This document shows, in pieces, positions 8,827 to 18,720 of a DNA stretch of 64,000 bases. Each line of letters begins with the position of its first letter. Within the stretch, counting starts at the first letter, position 1. Origin of the DNA: Polyangiales bacterium (GTDB lineage Bacteria > Myxococcota_A > Polyangia > Polyangiales > Ga0077539). A model generated the notes under the pieces. That model saw only the letters and a program-made list of their open reading frames with translations. It was not told the DNA's origin and did no database searches. The translations under genes were made by a program, and so were the position numbers. The DNA lies in contig JBGARZ010000001.1 in NCBI GenBank assembly GCA_044229975.1, positions 288,001-352,000 of the forward strand. Direction: 5' to 3'.

Positions 8827-10479
8827 TCAGCGTCGTCGAGAAACCCTGCGGCGCCGCGTCCCCAGCGCGACGAGCGCCAGCATCGACCACCCCGCCGACG
8901 CGCCTCCCGTTGTCGGCGCCGCGCGACAGCTCCCGTACAGCGTGCGGTCACCCTCGCCCGCGTCGCCCTCCACCACATCCTCCTTCGCCGTCCCCGCGTC
9001 CCCTGGCTCGCGACCGACGTCTTCCACCACTGCGACGTCCTCGACCGCCACCATCCCCGCGTCGCGCTCCATCGTCCCGACATCCACCAGCGCCGTCGTC
9101 CCCGCGTCGCGCGTCGCCATCCCCGCATCCACGGGCACCGCCGTCCCCGCGTCCACCGGGCACGCCACGACGTGAAACGACAACCACAGCTCCGGCCCGA
9201 ACCACTGCCGCAGCTCATCGACCAGTTGCCATCGCGTGCGCACCACCCCCGGCGTCGCGGGCGCCCTCCCCTCCATCCGAAACACCGTCCGCCGACACCC
9301 GTCGCGGTCGTTGCAGTCCGCGCCCGCGGGCGTGCCCATCGCCGATCGCACCACGTGGCTCGACGCCCGGTTGATGGACACCCGCCCCTCGCCCGTCAGC
9401 GGGTCGCCCGTGTCGTGCGGAACCGTCCCCAGCCGCACCGCGCCACCCGCCACCGCACCCGGCGTCGCAGAGTCCGTCCACGCCGCGGTGCCGACGTTCT
9501 CCACCTCGAAGGAGAAGCGCACCGCCTGCCCCGCGCACACGTGAAACTGCGCGCCGCTGTCGTCGGTCTCGGGCGCCGCGTCGCTGCCCTGGTTGACGAA
9601 GCGCGCATCGAGCGTGGGCTGCACGCGGGCCAGCGCGCGCAGGTCGTCGAGGGTTCCGTCGAAGACGTCCATGTCGACGGCCGACGAGCCGAAGGTTCCC
9701 GCTCCGCCGAGCGTCGACGCGATGGTGTTGTCGCCCGCGTACTGCCAGAACGTGTACCGCGGCCAGTGGTTGCTCACGTACCGCGCACACCCGCCGTTGG
9801 GCACCGGATCGGCCCACGATCGCCGCGTGCTGTAGTTGGGGTACTCCGCGTGGAAGAGCGGCAGCGACGCCCACTCCGACGACTGCACCCACGAGTCCCA
9901 GTAGTAGCCGCCCGTATAGATGATCGGGTCGCGACCGAGGCGCGCTCGCGCGGTGTCGATCCACTCGCGCAGCCGCGCCTGGTAGACGGCGGGCGTGACC
10001 GACGGGCGGTCGTTGGTGCCGTCGCCGTTGGAGTCGACGTTGGTGTACTCGACGTCGAGCATCGGCGGCAGATCGCCGGGCCCGAAGCCCCGCGCCTGGA
10101 GCTGGTCGAGGAAGAAGCTGGCCTGCGCCGTCCCGCTCTGCGTGGCGTTGAAATAGTGGTACGCGCCGCGCAGCACCCCGGCGCTCTGCGCGCCCGACCA
10201 GTTCTCGGCGAAGCGCGTGTCGAGGCTCATCCCATTGGACAGGCGGATGATCGCGAAGCGCACGCCCGCGCCCGGCAGGCGCGCCCACTGGATGGTCCCC
10301 TGCCACTGCGACACGTCGATGCCGCGCACCTCCGTGCGCGCCGCGCAGGACATGTGGATCGCCTCCACGGTCTGCCCGACACCCTCGGACGAGTCACCGC
10401 CGAGACAGCCCGGCGCCGCGGCCAGCGCGATCAGCCACCATGCGCGTCGCGGACCGCGGAGACGATCGTCGGCCCTCAT
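8827..10479 (-). CDS. GH25 muramidase with an Ig-like (NBR1/FW-like) domain and a MYXO-CTERM-like tail
   Basis: GIDVSQWQG, GAYHYF, PPMLDVE (DxE), PIIYTG, FWQY, VDMDVF; then FEVENVGTAAW...WQLV..WFG; DAG-rich linker; C-terminal GSC...hydrophobic helix-RRRR. Confidence 0.9.
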   Translation of the reverse strand: MRADDRLRGPRRAWWLIALAAAPGCLGGDSSEGVGQTVEAIHMSCAARTEVRGIDVSQWQGTIQWARLPGAGVRFAIIRLSNGMSLDTRFAENWSGAQSAGVLRGAYHYFNATQSGTAQASFFLDQLQARGFGPGDLPPMLDVEYTNVDSNGDGTNDRPSVTPAVYQARLREWIDTARARLGRDPIIYTGGYYWDSWVQSSEWASLPLFHAEYPNYSTRRSWADPVPNGGCARYVSNHWPRYTFWQYAGDNTIASTLGGAGTFGSSAVDMDVFDGTLDDLRALARVQPTLDARFVNQGSDAAPETDDSGAQFHVCAGQAVRFSFEVENVGTAAWTDSATPGAVAGGAVRLGTVPHDTGDPLTGEGRVSINRASSHVVRSAMGTPAGADCNDRDGCRRTVFRMEGRAPATPGVVRTRWQLVDELRQWFGPELWLSFHVVACPVDAGTAVPVDAGMATRDAGTTALVDVGTMERDAGMVAVEDVAVVEDVGREPGDAGTAKEDVVEGDAGEGDRTLYGSCRAAPTTGGASAGWSMLALVALGTRRRRVSRRR

Positions 10480-10487
10480 GACGACCG

Positions 10488-10516
10488 AGCGTCCCGACCC
10501 ACGGGGTGGGTGTCAA
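10488..10516 (-). promoter_or_regulatory. Putative sigma70 promoter for the GH25 gene (near-leaderless)
   Basis: TTGACA (10516-10511), 17-nt spacer, GACGCT (10493-10488), ATG 8 nt further on. Confidence 0.5.
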
Positions 10517-10524
10517 GGCGGGCG

Positions 10525-11976
10525 CTACTCGAGCTCGTTCTCGATGTGGATGGGATCGAGGGTGATGGTGCCGTCGCGGCCGACGTGGCCGGTGATGGAG
10601 TAGGTCGAGAGCGTTCCGTCGCCGTCGAGGTCGCCCTGCGCGCGCGCCGTGAAGGTCGTCCGCCCGTCGCTCTGCACGTCGTAGACGTAGCGGTGCGGCG
10701 CGTCGAGGTGGAACCCGAGCGCGCGCCACGGGACGGCGTCCCAGGTGCCGGCCGGGTCGGCGCGGGGCGACTCCGACGGCGCGAGCGGCGGGGTGCGCGG
10801 GATCGCCCCGATGAGGCGGCGACGGGGGCGCGGCTGGGCGTTCCAGTGGGCGACGATCGCATCGGCGATGCGCGGAACGTTGGTGGTGGCCTCGGTCGCC
10901 TGCGAGCGGTGGGTGTAGCGGGTGAAGGCAGGCGCCGCCGCGCCCGCGAGGGCGCCGAGGATGGCCGACGCGCTCATCGCATCGAAGTGCGACTCGTAGA
11001 CGAGGTCGGACCCCACCACCCGCGGCTGGAGCATCGACTCGACGAGCCGGGTGTACGCGCGCGACATGGCAGCGAGCATCTGGTCGCGGTGGGGGTGATC
11101 GGCGAACTCGTGCTCCAGCGCGCGCAGGACCATGCTGGGGAGCCCCCGTTCATTGAGGGCGCGCTGCGTGTCGAGGGCCTGCTGCGCGGCGACGGGCGTC
11201 GCGAAGTGGGTGGTCCAGCGGAGCAGGCTGCGGTCGGCGGACGCGTCGGCCACCTCGACGCGGAGCGATCGCGCCGAGAGGAGCTGCGGGCTGAGCTCCG
11301 CCAGCGGAAACTCACGGTCTTGAAACACCCCCGGAGAGCGCTCGCGCAGGGACGCGAGGTCGACCAGCAGCGTCGCGTGCGAGTCGCGCAGCGACGGGGT
11401 CATCCCCGCGAAGGGGGCGGACTCGCGCATCGAGGCGGAGCGCCCCAGCACCGTGGCCTCGACGTGCGTGAGAGCGCCCGGTGAGCCCGCGAGGACGAAG
11501 GTCGTCCCGCTCGGCGACGCGGCGGTTCGCGGAGTCGACGACGCCAGGCGCATCAAGGCCGCCGCGCAGGCGGCCCCGGTGGGGTCGGCGATGGGACCCG
11601 CCGCCAGCAACGCGGCCCCGGTGGGGTCGCGGGCGTCTTCGAAGGGGCCGACGGCGAGCGAGAGCTCCCGAACGGTGTCCCAGAGCTGCTCACCGCAGGC
11701 CGCGCGCACCGGGTCGAGCGCGGCGTGCCAGATGACGATCGGCCACAGCAGTTGGAGGACCTCCGAGCGCATGAGCGCCGCGACGTCCAGGCGCACCGCG
11801 ACGAGCGAGTCCGCGGGCACGCGCGCCCGCAGCGGATCGTCCTCCGTGGTGGGCAACGGCACCGTCGCCGCCGCAACCGTGGAGGCGACGGGGCTCGGGC
11901 AACGCTGCGGGGCGCCGCTGGTGGCGCAGGCGGTGAAGCAGGCCGCGGCGAAGAGGGAGGCGAGAGGTCGGGTCAA
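10525..11976 (-). CDS. Lipoprotein with a C-terminal type IV pilin-like domain
   Basis: N-terminal FTAC lipobox-like signal; C-terminal ILGALAGAAAPAFTRYTHRSQATEATTNV...WRALGF...YVY...FTARAQGDLDGDG, resembling deltaproteobacterial/myxobacterial pilins. Confidence 0.65.
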   Translation of the reverse strand: MTRPLASLFAAACFTACATSGAPQRCPSPVASTVAAATVPLPTTEDDPLRARVPADSLVAVRLDVAALMRSEVLQLLWPIVIWHAALDPVRAACGEQLWDTVRELSLAVGPFEDARDPTGAALLAAGPIADPTGAACAAALMRLASSTPRTAASPSGTTFVLAGSPGALTHVEATVLGRSASMRESAPFAGMTPSLRDSHATLLVDLASLRERSPGVFQDREFPLAELSPQLLSARSLRVEVADASADRSLLRWTTHFATPVAAQQALDTQRALNERGLPSMVLRALEHEFADHPHRDQMLAAMSRAYTRLVESMLQPRVVGSDLVYESHFDAMSASAILGALAGAAAPAFTRYTHRSQATEATTNVPRIADAIVAHWNAQPRPRRRLIGAIPRTPPLAPSESPRADPAGTWDAVPWRALGFHLDAPHRYVYDVQSDGRTTFTARAQGDLDGDGTLSTYSITGHVGRDGTITLDPIHIENELE

Positions 11977-12098
11977 GGGAGTGGTCTCCGGGGACGTCGA
12001 GAGAAGCCCTGGACGCTACCCAACCGAAGGCCCCCATGGTGAGTTCGTTGCTCGCAGATTTTCGATGGTGTCCAATCGCACGCTGGACGGAGAAGTCG

Positions 12099-15000
12099 AT
12101 GACGCGATCACGGGGGAGTGTCGGGGGTTTCGGGTGGGTGGCGCTTCTCGCGGTCGCGTGCGTAGGCGGCGCAGCGCGGCGGCCGACGACGGGCGCGCTC
12201 TCCCCGGCGGAGCAGTTGCAAGCCTGGGAGCGCGGGTGCGCCGTCGGCGAGTCGGGCGACTGCCTGGCGCTCGGCGTGGCATACGCCGAGGGCGAAGGCG
12301 TGCGGGAGGACATGACCCGCGCGACGGCCCTCTTCCGCCGCGGCTGCGAGAGCGGAAACCTGCGGGCGTGCGCGCGGCTGGGGTCGATGTTCCAGGCGGG
12401 GCTCGTGGGCGGCGCGCGCGACGCGGCGATGGCGGAGACGCTGTACCGACGGGCGTGCGACGGCGGCGACACCTGGGGCTGCACCAACCTCGGGGCGATG
12501 CTGGTCGAGGGCGAAGACGTCCCGCGCGACCTCGTGCGCGGCTTCGCGCTCTACGAGCGGGCCTGCGACGGCGGTGACGGCGTCGCGTGCTCCAACCTCG
12601 CCAACAACTACCAGTCCGGGGAGGTCGTCGTGCGCGACGAGGCGCGGGCCCTCGGGTATTTCGAGCGGGCCTGCGCGGGCGACGGGTACGCGTCGTGTCG
12701 ATCGCTCGGGTGGCAGCACCTCGAAGGCCGCGGCATGACCGTCAACGTGCGCCGCGGCGTCGAGCTGCTGGAGCGCGCGTGCAGCCACGCCGTGCCCGAA
12801 GCCTGCACCGACCTCGGGTCGCTCTACCTCGACGGCCGCGTCGTCCCGCGCGACGAGGCCCTCGCGCGCCGATGGCTCCAGCGACGATGCGAGGTCGACC
12901 GCGCCAGCACCTGCGACGCGGCCGACCAGGTGCAGCGCGACGCCGAGGCGTTCGCCACCGCGCGCCAGCAGTGCGACGCCGGCCCGGCGACGGCGTGCGT
13001 GGCGCTCGGCATCGCGTACGTCCGCGGCGCGGGTACGGTCGTCGACGTGGCGCGGGCCGCCGAGATCCTCACGCGGGCCTGCGACGCGGGCGCGGTGGAG
13101 GCCTGCTCCGTACGAGCGGCGGCGCTCCACGACTCCGAAGCGCCCGGCGACCGCGCGACCGCGGTGCGCCTCTTCCAGCGGGCCTGCGACGGGGGTTGGA
13201 TCCCGGCCTGCAACGACCTCGGCGCGATGTACGACGCGGGCCGCGGCGTGCCGCGCGACTGGGTCCGCGCGATCGAGCTCTACCGCCACGTGTGCGACCG
13301 GGACGACGGCGCCGGGTGCGGCAACCTCGCGATCCATCTGGAGTCGGGCGAAGGCATCGCGCGCGACGACACGCAGGCCGCGCAGCTCCATCAGCGGGCC
13401 TGCCGGCTGGGGCAGTCGATCTCCTGCGCGCACCTCGGGCACATGCTCTTCGACGGCCGCGGCGTCACGCGCGACCTCGCGCAGGGCGTGCAGATGCTGG
13501 TGCGCGCGTGCGAGCTCGGGCACACCGCGACGTGCGATGGCCTCCGCGCGGTCACCGCCTCCCGCGCCTCGGCCGAGCGGGCCGCGCGCGCCTGCGAACG
13601 TCACGAGGCCCGCGGCTGCTACGACCTGGCGCAGCACCTCAGCGAGGGGCGCGGCATCGATCGCAACCCGGCGCGCGCGGCGGCGATGTTCCTGGTGGCC
13701 TGCGACGGGCGCTACCTCGCGGGCTGCAACGCGCTCGCGCGGATGTACCTGAGCGCGGAGGGCGTCGCGCGCGACTACGCAGGCGCGGCGGTGCTCGCGG
13801 GTCGCGCCTGCGACGGCGGGCACGCGCCGGCGTGCAGCACCCTGGGATGGATCCACTCGCGCGGGTACGGCGTGCCGCGCGACGAGGCGCGGGCGGCGAC
13901 GCTCTTTCGTCGGGCGTGCGACGGGCGCGACGCCGCGGGCTGCGAGGTGCTCGGGTGGATGTCGTCGCAGGGGCGCGGGATGCCGCGCGACGTCGTGCAG
14001 GCGACACGCTTCTACGGGCGGGCCTGCGAGCTGGGACACCGCGGGGGCTGCCTCTACCTGGGCTGGGCCTACGAGGTGGCGAGCGGCGTCGAGCGTGACG
14101 CCGCCCGTGCCGCGTCGCTCTACCGCCGCTCGTGTGAGGCGGGCGAAGCCGAGGCGTGCCGTCGCCTGGGCGGGTGCCTCGCGACCGGCTACGGGGTCGC
14201 GCAAAACGTCGCCGAGGCCCTGCGGCGCTACGAGCAGGCGTGTCGCGGCGGCGACGACGAAGGCTGCGTGAGCTGGGGCCTGTCGCTCGCCGTGGGCTTC
14301 GGCGGGCTGGAAGACCCGGCGCAGGCGATCGACCTGATGGGCGGCGCGTGCGACCGGGGAAACGCGGGCGCGTGCTTCAACACGGCCTCGCTCCTGGCGG
14401 GCGGGCGCGGCGCGGCGCGCGACGTCGCGAGGGCCGACGCGCGGTGGGCGCAGGCGGCGACCATCTACCGGCGCGAGTGCGACGGGGGCAACCGCGGCGC
14501 GAGCTGCGGCGAGCTGGGCAACATGCTTCGCCTCGGGCTGGGCGTCGATCGCGACGCGGCGCAGGCGCGAGACCTCCTCACGCGCGCCTGCACCACGCAT
14601 CCTGGGTACTGCATCGACCTCGCGGCGTCTCCCGCGGGCCAGCGAGACCCGCGGGCCGCGGGTTGGTTCGAGCGGGCGTGCGAGCAGAACGTCGCCGAAG
14701 GCTGCGTGCGCTTCGCCGAGCTGCTGGAGTCGGGCGTCGGGGTGACCCGTGACGCCGCGCGCGCCGTCGCCCTACGGCAGCGCGCCATCGAGATGCTGGA
14801 GGGCTCGCTGGAGACCTCCTTCGACGGCCACGTCGGGCTGGTGCTCGGTCGGCTGTACCTCGCCGGTCGCGGCGTCGCGCAGAACCCCACGCGCGCCGCG
14901 CTCGTGCTGCAAGGCGGGTGCGACCGCGGGTTGGGGGAGGCCTGCGGCGAGCTGTCACGGCTCTATGGCAGCGGCCTCGGCGTGACCCGCGACGCGGCGC

Positions 15001-15170
15001 GTGCGGCTTCGCTGCGAGCGGCGGCGTGTGCGTTGGGAGAGCTTCGGATGTGCCCGGCCGGGAGGCGGCCGAGGCCCGCGCGACCGACCACGACTCCGGC
15101 CCCGGCGGCGCCCCCGCGCGAGACCCCCGTGCTGGAGGTCCCGCTGCCCTGGGACGGCGCCATGACCTGA
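12099..15170 (+). CDS. Large secreted Sel1-like (Hcp-type, Cys-paired) repeat protein
   Basis: GGAG upstream of ATG 12099; signal with AVAC; more than 20 copies of the ~36-aa unit RACDGGxxxxCxxLGxxYxxGxGVxRD. Confidence 0.9.
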   Translation: MTRSRGSVGGFGWVALLAVACVGGAARRPTTGALSPAEQLQAWERGCAVGESGDCLALGVAYAEGEGVREDMTRATALFRRGCESGNLRACARLGSMFQAGLVGGARDAAMAETLYRRACDGGDTWGCTNLGAMLVEGEDVPRDLVRGFALYERACDGGDGVACSNLANNYQSGEVVVRDEARALGYFERACAGDGYASCRSLGWQHLEGRGMTVNVRRGVELLERACSHAVPEACTDLGSLYLDGRVVPRDEALARRWLQRRCEVDRASTCDAADQVQRDAEAFATARQQCDAGPATACVALGIAYVRGAGTVVDVARAAEILTRACDAGAVEACSVRAAALHDSEAPGDRATAVRLFQRACDGGWIPACNDLGAMYDAGRGVPRDWVRAIELYRHVCDRDDGAGCGNLAIHLESGEGIARDDTQAAQLHQRACRLGQSISCAHLGHMLFDGRGVTRDLAQGVQMLVRACELGHTATCDGLRAVTASRASAERAARACERHEARGCYDLAQHLSEGRGIDRNPARAAAMFLVACDGRYLAGCNALARMYLSAEGVARDYAGAAVLAGRACDGGHAPACSTLGWIHSRGYGVPRDEARAATLFRRACDGRDAAGCEVLGWMSSQGRGMPRDVVQATRFYGRACELGHRGGCLYLGWAYEVASGVERDAARAASLYRRSCEAGEAEACRRLGGCLATGYGVAQNVAEALRRYEQACRGGDDEGCVSWGLSLAVGFGGLEDPAQAIDLMGGACDRGNAGACFNTASLLAGGRGAARDVARADARWAQAATIYRRECDGGNRGASCGELGNMLRLGLGVDRDAAQARDLLTRACTTHPGYCIDLAASPAGQRDPRAAGWFERACEQNVAEGCVRFAELLESGVGVTRDAARAVALRQRAIEMLEGSLETSFDGHVGLVLGRLYLAGRGVAQNPTRAALVLQGGCDRGLGEACGELSRLYGSGLGVTRDAARAASLRAAACALGELRMCPAGRRPRPARPTTTPAPAAPPRETPVLEVPLPWDGAMT

Positions 15171-15177
15171 GGCGCGA

Positions 15178-16452
15178 TCAGCGCATCAGGACGACGCGGA
15201 TGCGCTGGTTGTACGTGTCGGCGATGAAGAGCCGGCCGCCGGTGTCGGTCTCGACGCCGTTGGGGCGATCGAGCAGGGCGAGCGTGGGAGAGCCGCCGTC
15301 GCCGTCGAAGCCGCGCATGCCGCAGCGGCCCGCGACGGTGCGGATGTTTCCGTCGGCGCCCACGGCGCGCACGCAGGAGTTCTGCGTGTCGGCGATGTAG
15401 ACGGTTCCGTCGGGGCCGACCTCGACGTCGGTGGGCTGGTTGAGCGTCGCCGCCGTGGCCGCGCCGCCGTCGCCCGTGGCGCCGACCATGCCCGTGCCCG
15501 CGAAGGTGGTGATCATGCCCGCGGTGGTGACCTTGCGGATGACGTTGTTGCCCGTGTCGGCGATGTAGAGGTTGCCGAGGCTGTCCATGTCGATGCGGCC
15601 CGCGGGGTTGGCCGCCTGACCGATGGGGTTGCGGAGCTGCGCCATCAGCGCCGGGCCGTTGTCCCCACTGAAGCCCGCCATGCCGTTGCCCACGACGGTG
15701 TTGATCATGCCGTTGCCGTCGACGCGGCGGATTCGCTGGTTGGCCTGGTCGGCGATGTACACGTCGCCCGTCGGCGCGATCACGATGCCCACCGGGAGGT
15801 CGAGGATCGCGTTGAGGGCCGGGCCGCCGTCGCCGCCGAAGCTGCGGCCGCCGGTGCCGCAGATGTCCTCGATCATCGAGTCGGCCATGCCGACGTTGGT
15901 CACGCGCTTGATGAGGCTGTTGTGCCACGCGGCGATGATCATCCGCCCCTGCGGGTCGAAGGCGATGTTGGTCGGGTGGTTGAGGCGGAAGCGCAGCGCG
16001 GGCGACGCCATGCGCGGAGTGCCCGGAGGGATGGGCGGGTCGACGCCGTCGGAGAGCTCACCCGTGCCGACCACCGTACGAACGGTGCCGTCGGAGGCCT
16101 GTTCGCGGACGACGTGGTTGTTCCAGTCGAGGAAGTAGAGTCGGCCGTTGGGGCCGAGGGTCATGTCCTGCGGGAGGTACGTGCGCGACGCGGTGCCCGC
16201 GACGTTGTTGGCGCCGACTCCTGCCTCACCGTTGCCGATGATGGTGCAGATGGTGCCCGCGCGCGGCGTGCACTGGGTGTTGGTGACCGGCGGCGGCGTG
16301 TCGAGGGTGGCGCCGCAGCTGCTGGCGAGCGCCTGGTCTTCGGTGAGCACGTCGGCGCAGGGGTCGTTGGTGCAGCTCACGGCGACGACCGCCAGGGTGA
16401 GCAGGGAGAGGTGGTGGTTTCGCGCGCGCATCGTTCGCTCCATGAGACTCAT
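15178..16452 (-). CDS. NHL-repeat (beta-propeller) lipoprotein
   Basis: AVSC lipobox; repeats such as GDGGPA..A.L..P..I....G.LYIADTGNNVIRKV; ATGA overlap with the upstream gene. Confidence 0.88.
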   Translation of the reverse strand: MSLMERTMRARNHHLSLLTLAVVAVSCTNDPCADVLTEDQALASSCGATLDTPPPVTNTQCTPRAGTICTIIGNGEAGVGANNVAGTASRTYLPQDMTLGPNGRLYFLDWNNHVVREQASDGTVRTVVGTGELSDGVDPPIPPGTPRMASPALRFRLNHPTNIAFDPQGRMIIAAWHNSLIKRVTNVGMADSMIEDICGTGGRSFGGDGGPALNAILDLPVGIVIAPTGDVYIADQANQRIRRVDGNGMINTVVGNGMAGFSGDNGPALMAQLRNPIGQAANPAGRIDMDSLGNLYIADTGNNVIRKVTTAGMITTFAGTGMVGATGDGGAATAATLNQPTDVEVGPDGTVYIADTQNSCVRAVGADGNIRTVAGRCGMRGFDGDGGSPTLALLDRPNGVETDTGGRLFIADTYNQRIRVVLMR

Positions 16453-18593
16453 CGCCAGACCCGGCGCACGCGGTCGTTGAGCGTGTCGCAGATGAAGAGG
16501 TTGCCCTGGGCATCAAACGCGATGCCGTGCGGGCGGTAGAGGGAGGCCTGGAGTGCCGGGCCGCGGTCGCCGCCGTAGCCGCGCTGGCCGTTGCCCGCGA
16601 CGGTGGTGATGACGTTGGTGGTGAGGTCCACCGCGCGGATGCGGTGGTTGTTGGTGTCGGCGATGTAGAGCCGACCGTCGGGGCCGAACTCGATGTCCTG
16701 CGGCGAGTTGAGCTGCGCCATGAGGGCGGGGCCGTCGTCGCCCGCGTAGCCGAAGGTGCCGGTGCCCACCAGGGTGGTGATCATCCCGGTGGCAAGCTCG
16801 ACGCGCCGGATGCGGTGGTTGCCGGTGTCCGAGATGTAGAGGTTGCGCTCCTCGCGATCGAGCGCGATGCCGCCCTCGGGCTCGGGGTTCTCACCCGTCT
16901 GGAGGTTGAACGACGCCATCATCGCCGGGCCGTTGTCGCCGCCGTAGCGGCGCATGCCGTCGCCCGCGATGGTGGTGACCATCCCGCCGGCGATGTCGAT
17001 GCGACGCACGCGGACGTTGCCCTGGTCGAGCAGGTACATCGTGTTGCCGTCGCGGGTCATCGCGCCCTTGGAGGGTTGCTTGATGCGGGCCATCGCGAAG
17101 GGTCCGTCGATCCAGCCGGGGCCGCGGCCGAGCGGGACGAAGGTCATGCCCGTGGCCGGATCCCAGCGGCGGATCTTGTGGTTGTGCCAGGCCACCACGA
17201 ACAGCCGCCCGTCGGGGTGGAACATCAAATCGGTCGGGTGGTTGAGCGCCACGGTGTCGCCGGGCGCGCCGGGCTCGGTGAGGTCGGTGGGCATCGGCGG
17301 GCCGTCGCCAGGCTCCGCCGTCCCCATGATGGTCTCGAAGGTGTTGTTGGCCGTGACGCGGCGGATGCGGTGGTTGTTCCAGTCGAGGATGATGGGTCGC
17401 CCGTCGGGGGCGAACTCCATGTCCATCGGCCAGTACATCATCGACTCGCGGAGGGGGCGGTTGTCGCCGTTGAAGCCCGCGACGCCGGCGCCCGCGTACG
17501 TGCAGATGTTGCCCGCCGTCGGGTCGCAGCGGGTGATGGACTCCGGCGTCACGATGGTCGTGCGGGGAATCGCCTCGCCGAAGCGGTAGATGACACCGCG
17601 GGTGAGCGCGCTGGTCTGGAGGTCGCCGCCGACGGCCCACACGGCGCCCGTCGGGTCGACCCAGACGGCGTGGAAGTCGAGCTGCGTGCGCGGCGCGCGA
17701 GCGACCTCACGCCACGCCCCCGAGCGACGCTGGAAGAGCGCGCCCGAGTTGCCCACCGCGAGGGGCGAACCCTCCGCCGGGATGTACACACCGCTCAGCC
17801 GCGGGGCCGTCTCGACGGTGACCGCGCGCCACGGGCTGGTGCCCTCGGACTCCAGGATGATGCCCGACACATTGCCGCCCACGGCGTAGCGCTGCGTGCC
17901 GCGCTGATAGACCGTGAAGAGCGGGCCGCGGCCGCCCTCGGGGACGGCCTGCTGCTCCCACGCGGTACCGTTCCAGTGGATCAACGCGCCGTTGGTGCCG
18001 CAGACGGTGACGTCGTTGGCGGCGGTGCCGTTGACCTTGTACCAGACGGTGGTGGCGTTCATCCCGCCGGGCGCGGCCTGTGCCGACCACGCGGTGCCGT
18101 CGAAGTGCCAGAGCGCGCCGCCGCTGCTGCCGTTGGGGTCACCGCCCACCGCCCACACGTCGTTGGCGCTGGCGCCCCACACGCCGAAGAGCGTCGGGGT
18201 GCTGGCGGGCGTGGTCATGCGCTCGGTGGCGCCGGTGGCCGGGTTGTGGCGCAGCACGGTGCCGTCGCTGCCGACCATGAACACCAGCGTCGGCGAGATG
18301 CCCTGCACCCACCAGAGGCTGCCGTGGCCGAGCCGGGTGTCGATGCGCGTCCAGCGTGTGCCATCGAAGTGCAACGCTTGCGGACCTGTGCCGTCGTTGG
18401 CGTCAGCGCCGACGGCGTAGACGTCCTGCGCGGTGGTGCCCCAGATGGAGAGCATCGCGCCCGGCAGGTCGGCCTGCACCGCCTGCCATTGGAAGCTCGG
18501 CGGCATCTCATCGCTGCAACCGACGGCGGACGCACCGAGCGCCGCCACGACGAGCGTCAACACGCCCGGCCTCATTCCTGATCGCAGTGTCAT
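16449..18593 (-). CDS. Lipoprotein with N-terminal Trp-rich propeller repeats and C-terminal NHL repeats
   Basis: GGAGG then ATG 18593; AVGC lipobox; repeats of VWGxSxxDVWAVG...HFDGxxW followed by NHL blades (LYIADTNNHRIR). Confidence 0.88.
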   Translation of the reverse strand: MTLRSGMRPGVLTLVVAALGASAVGCSDEMPPSFQWQAVQADLPGAMLSIWGTTAQDVYAVGADANDGTGPQALHFDGTRWTRIDTRLGHGSLWWVQGISPTLVFMVGSDGTVLRHNPATGATERMTTPASTPTLFGVWGASANDVWAVGGDPNGSSGGALWHFDGTAWSAQAAPGGMNATTVWYKVNGTAANDVTVCGTNGALIHWNGTAWEQQAVPEGGRGPLFTVYQRGTQRYAVGGNVSGIILESEGTSPWRAVTVETAPRLSGVYIPAEGSPLAVGNSGALFQRRSGAWREVARAPRTQLDFHAVWVDPTGAVWAVGGDLQTSALTRGVIYRFGEAIPRTTIVTPESITRCDPTAGNICTYAGAGVAGFNGDNRPLRESMMYWPMDMEFAPDGRPIILDWNNHRIRRVTANNTFETIMGTAEPGDGPPMPTDLTEPGAPGDTVALNHPTDLMFHPDGRLFVVAWHNHKIRRWDPATGMTFVPLGRGPGWIDGPFAMARIKQPSKGAMTRDGNTMYLLDQGNVRVRRIDIAGGMVTTIAGDGMRRYGGDNGPAMMASFNLQTGENPEPEGGIALDREERNLYISDTGNHRIRRVELATGMITTLVGTGTFGYAGDDGPALMAQLNSPQDIEFGPDGRLYIADTNNHRIRAVDLTTNVITTVAGNGQRGYGGDRGPALQASLYRPHGIAFDAQGNLFICDTLNDRVRRVWR

Positions 18594-18632
18594 CGACGTT
18601 CCTCCATGGGATGGGTCACGAGGCGATGCGGA

Positions 18633-18647
18633 GCACGGCCCGTTCCA
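18633..18647 (-). promoter_or_regulatory. Putative sigma54 (-24/-12) promoter
   Basis: TGGAAC-GGGCC-GTGC, i.e. GG-N10-GC spacing, about 40 nt upstream of ATG 18593. Confidence 0.4.
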
Positions 18648-18720
18648 GCTCAACGTTGGTACCTGATGGGAGGTGCTTCGGGGAAGCCGCGGCACTGACC
18701 GGTGATAGCTTCGCGGCGCG

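Noticed and set aside
8827..10479. Prophage endolysin
   Set aside because: Has a signal peptide and a surface-sorting tail; no holin or phage structural genes in the window
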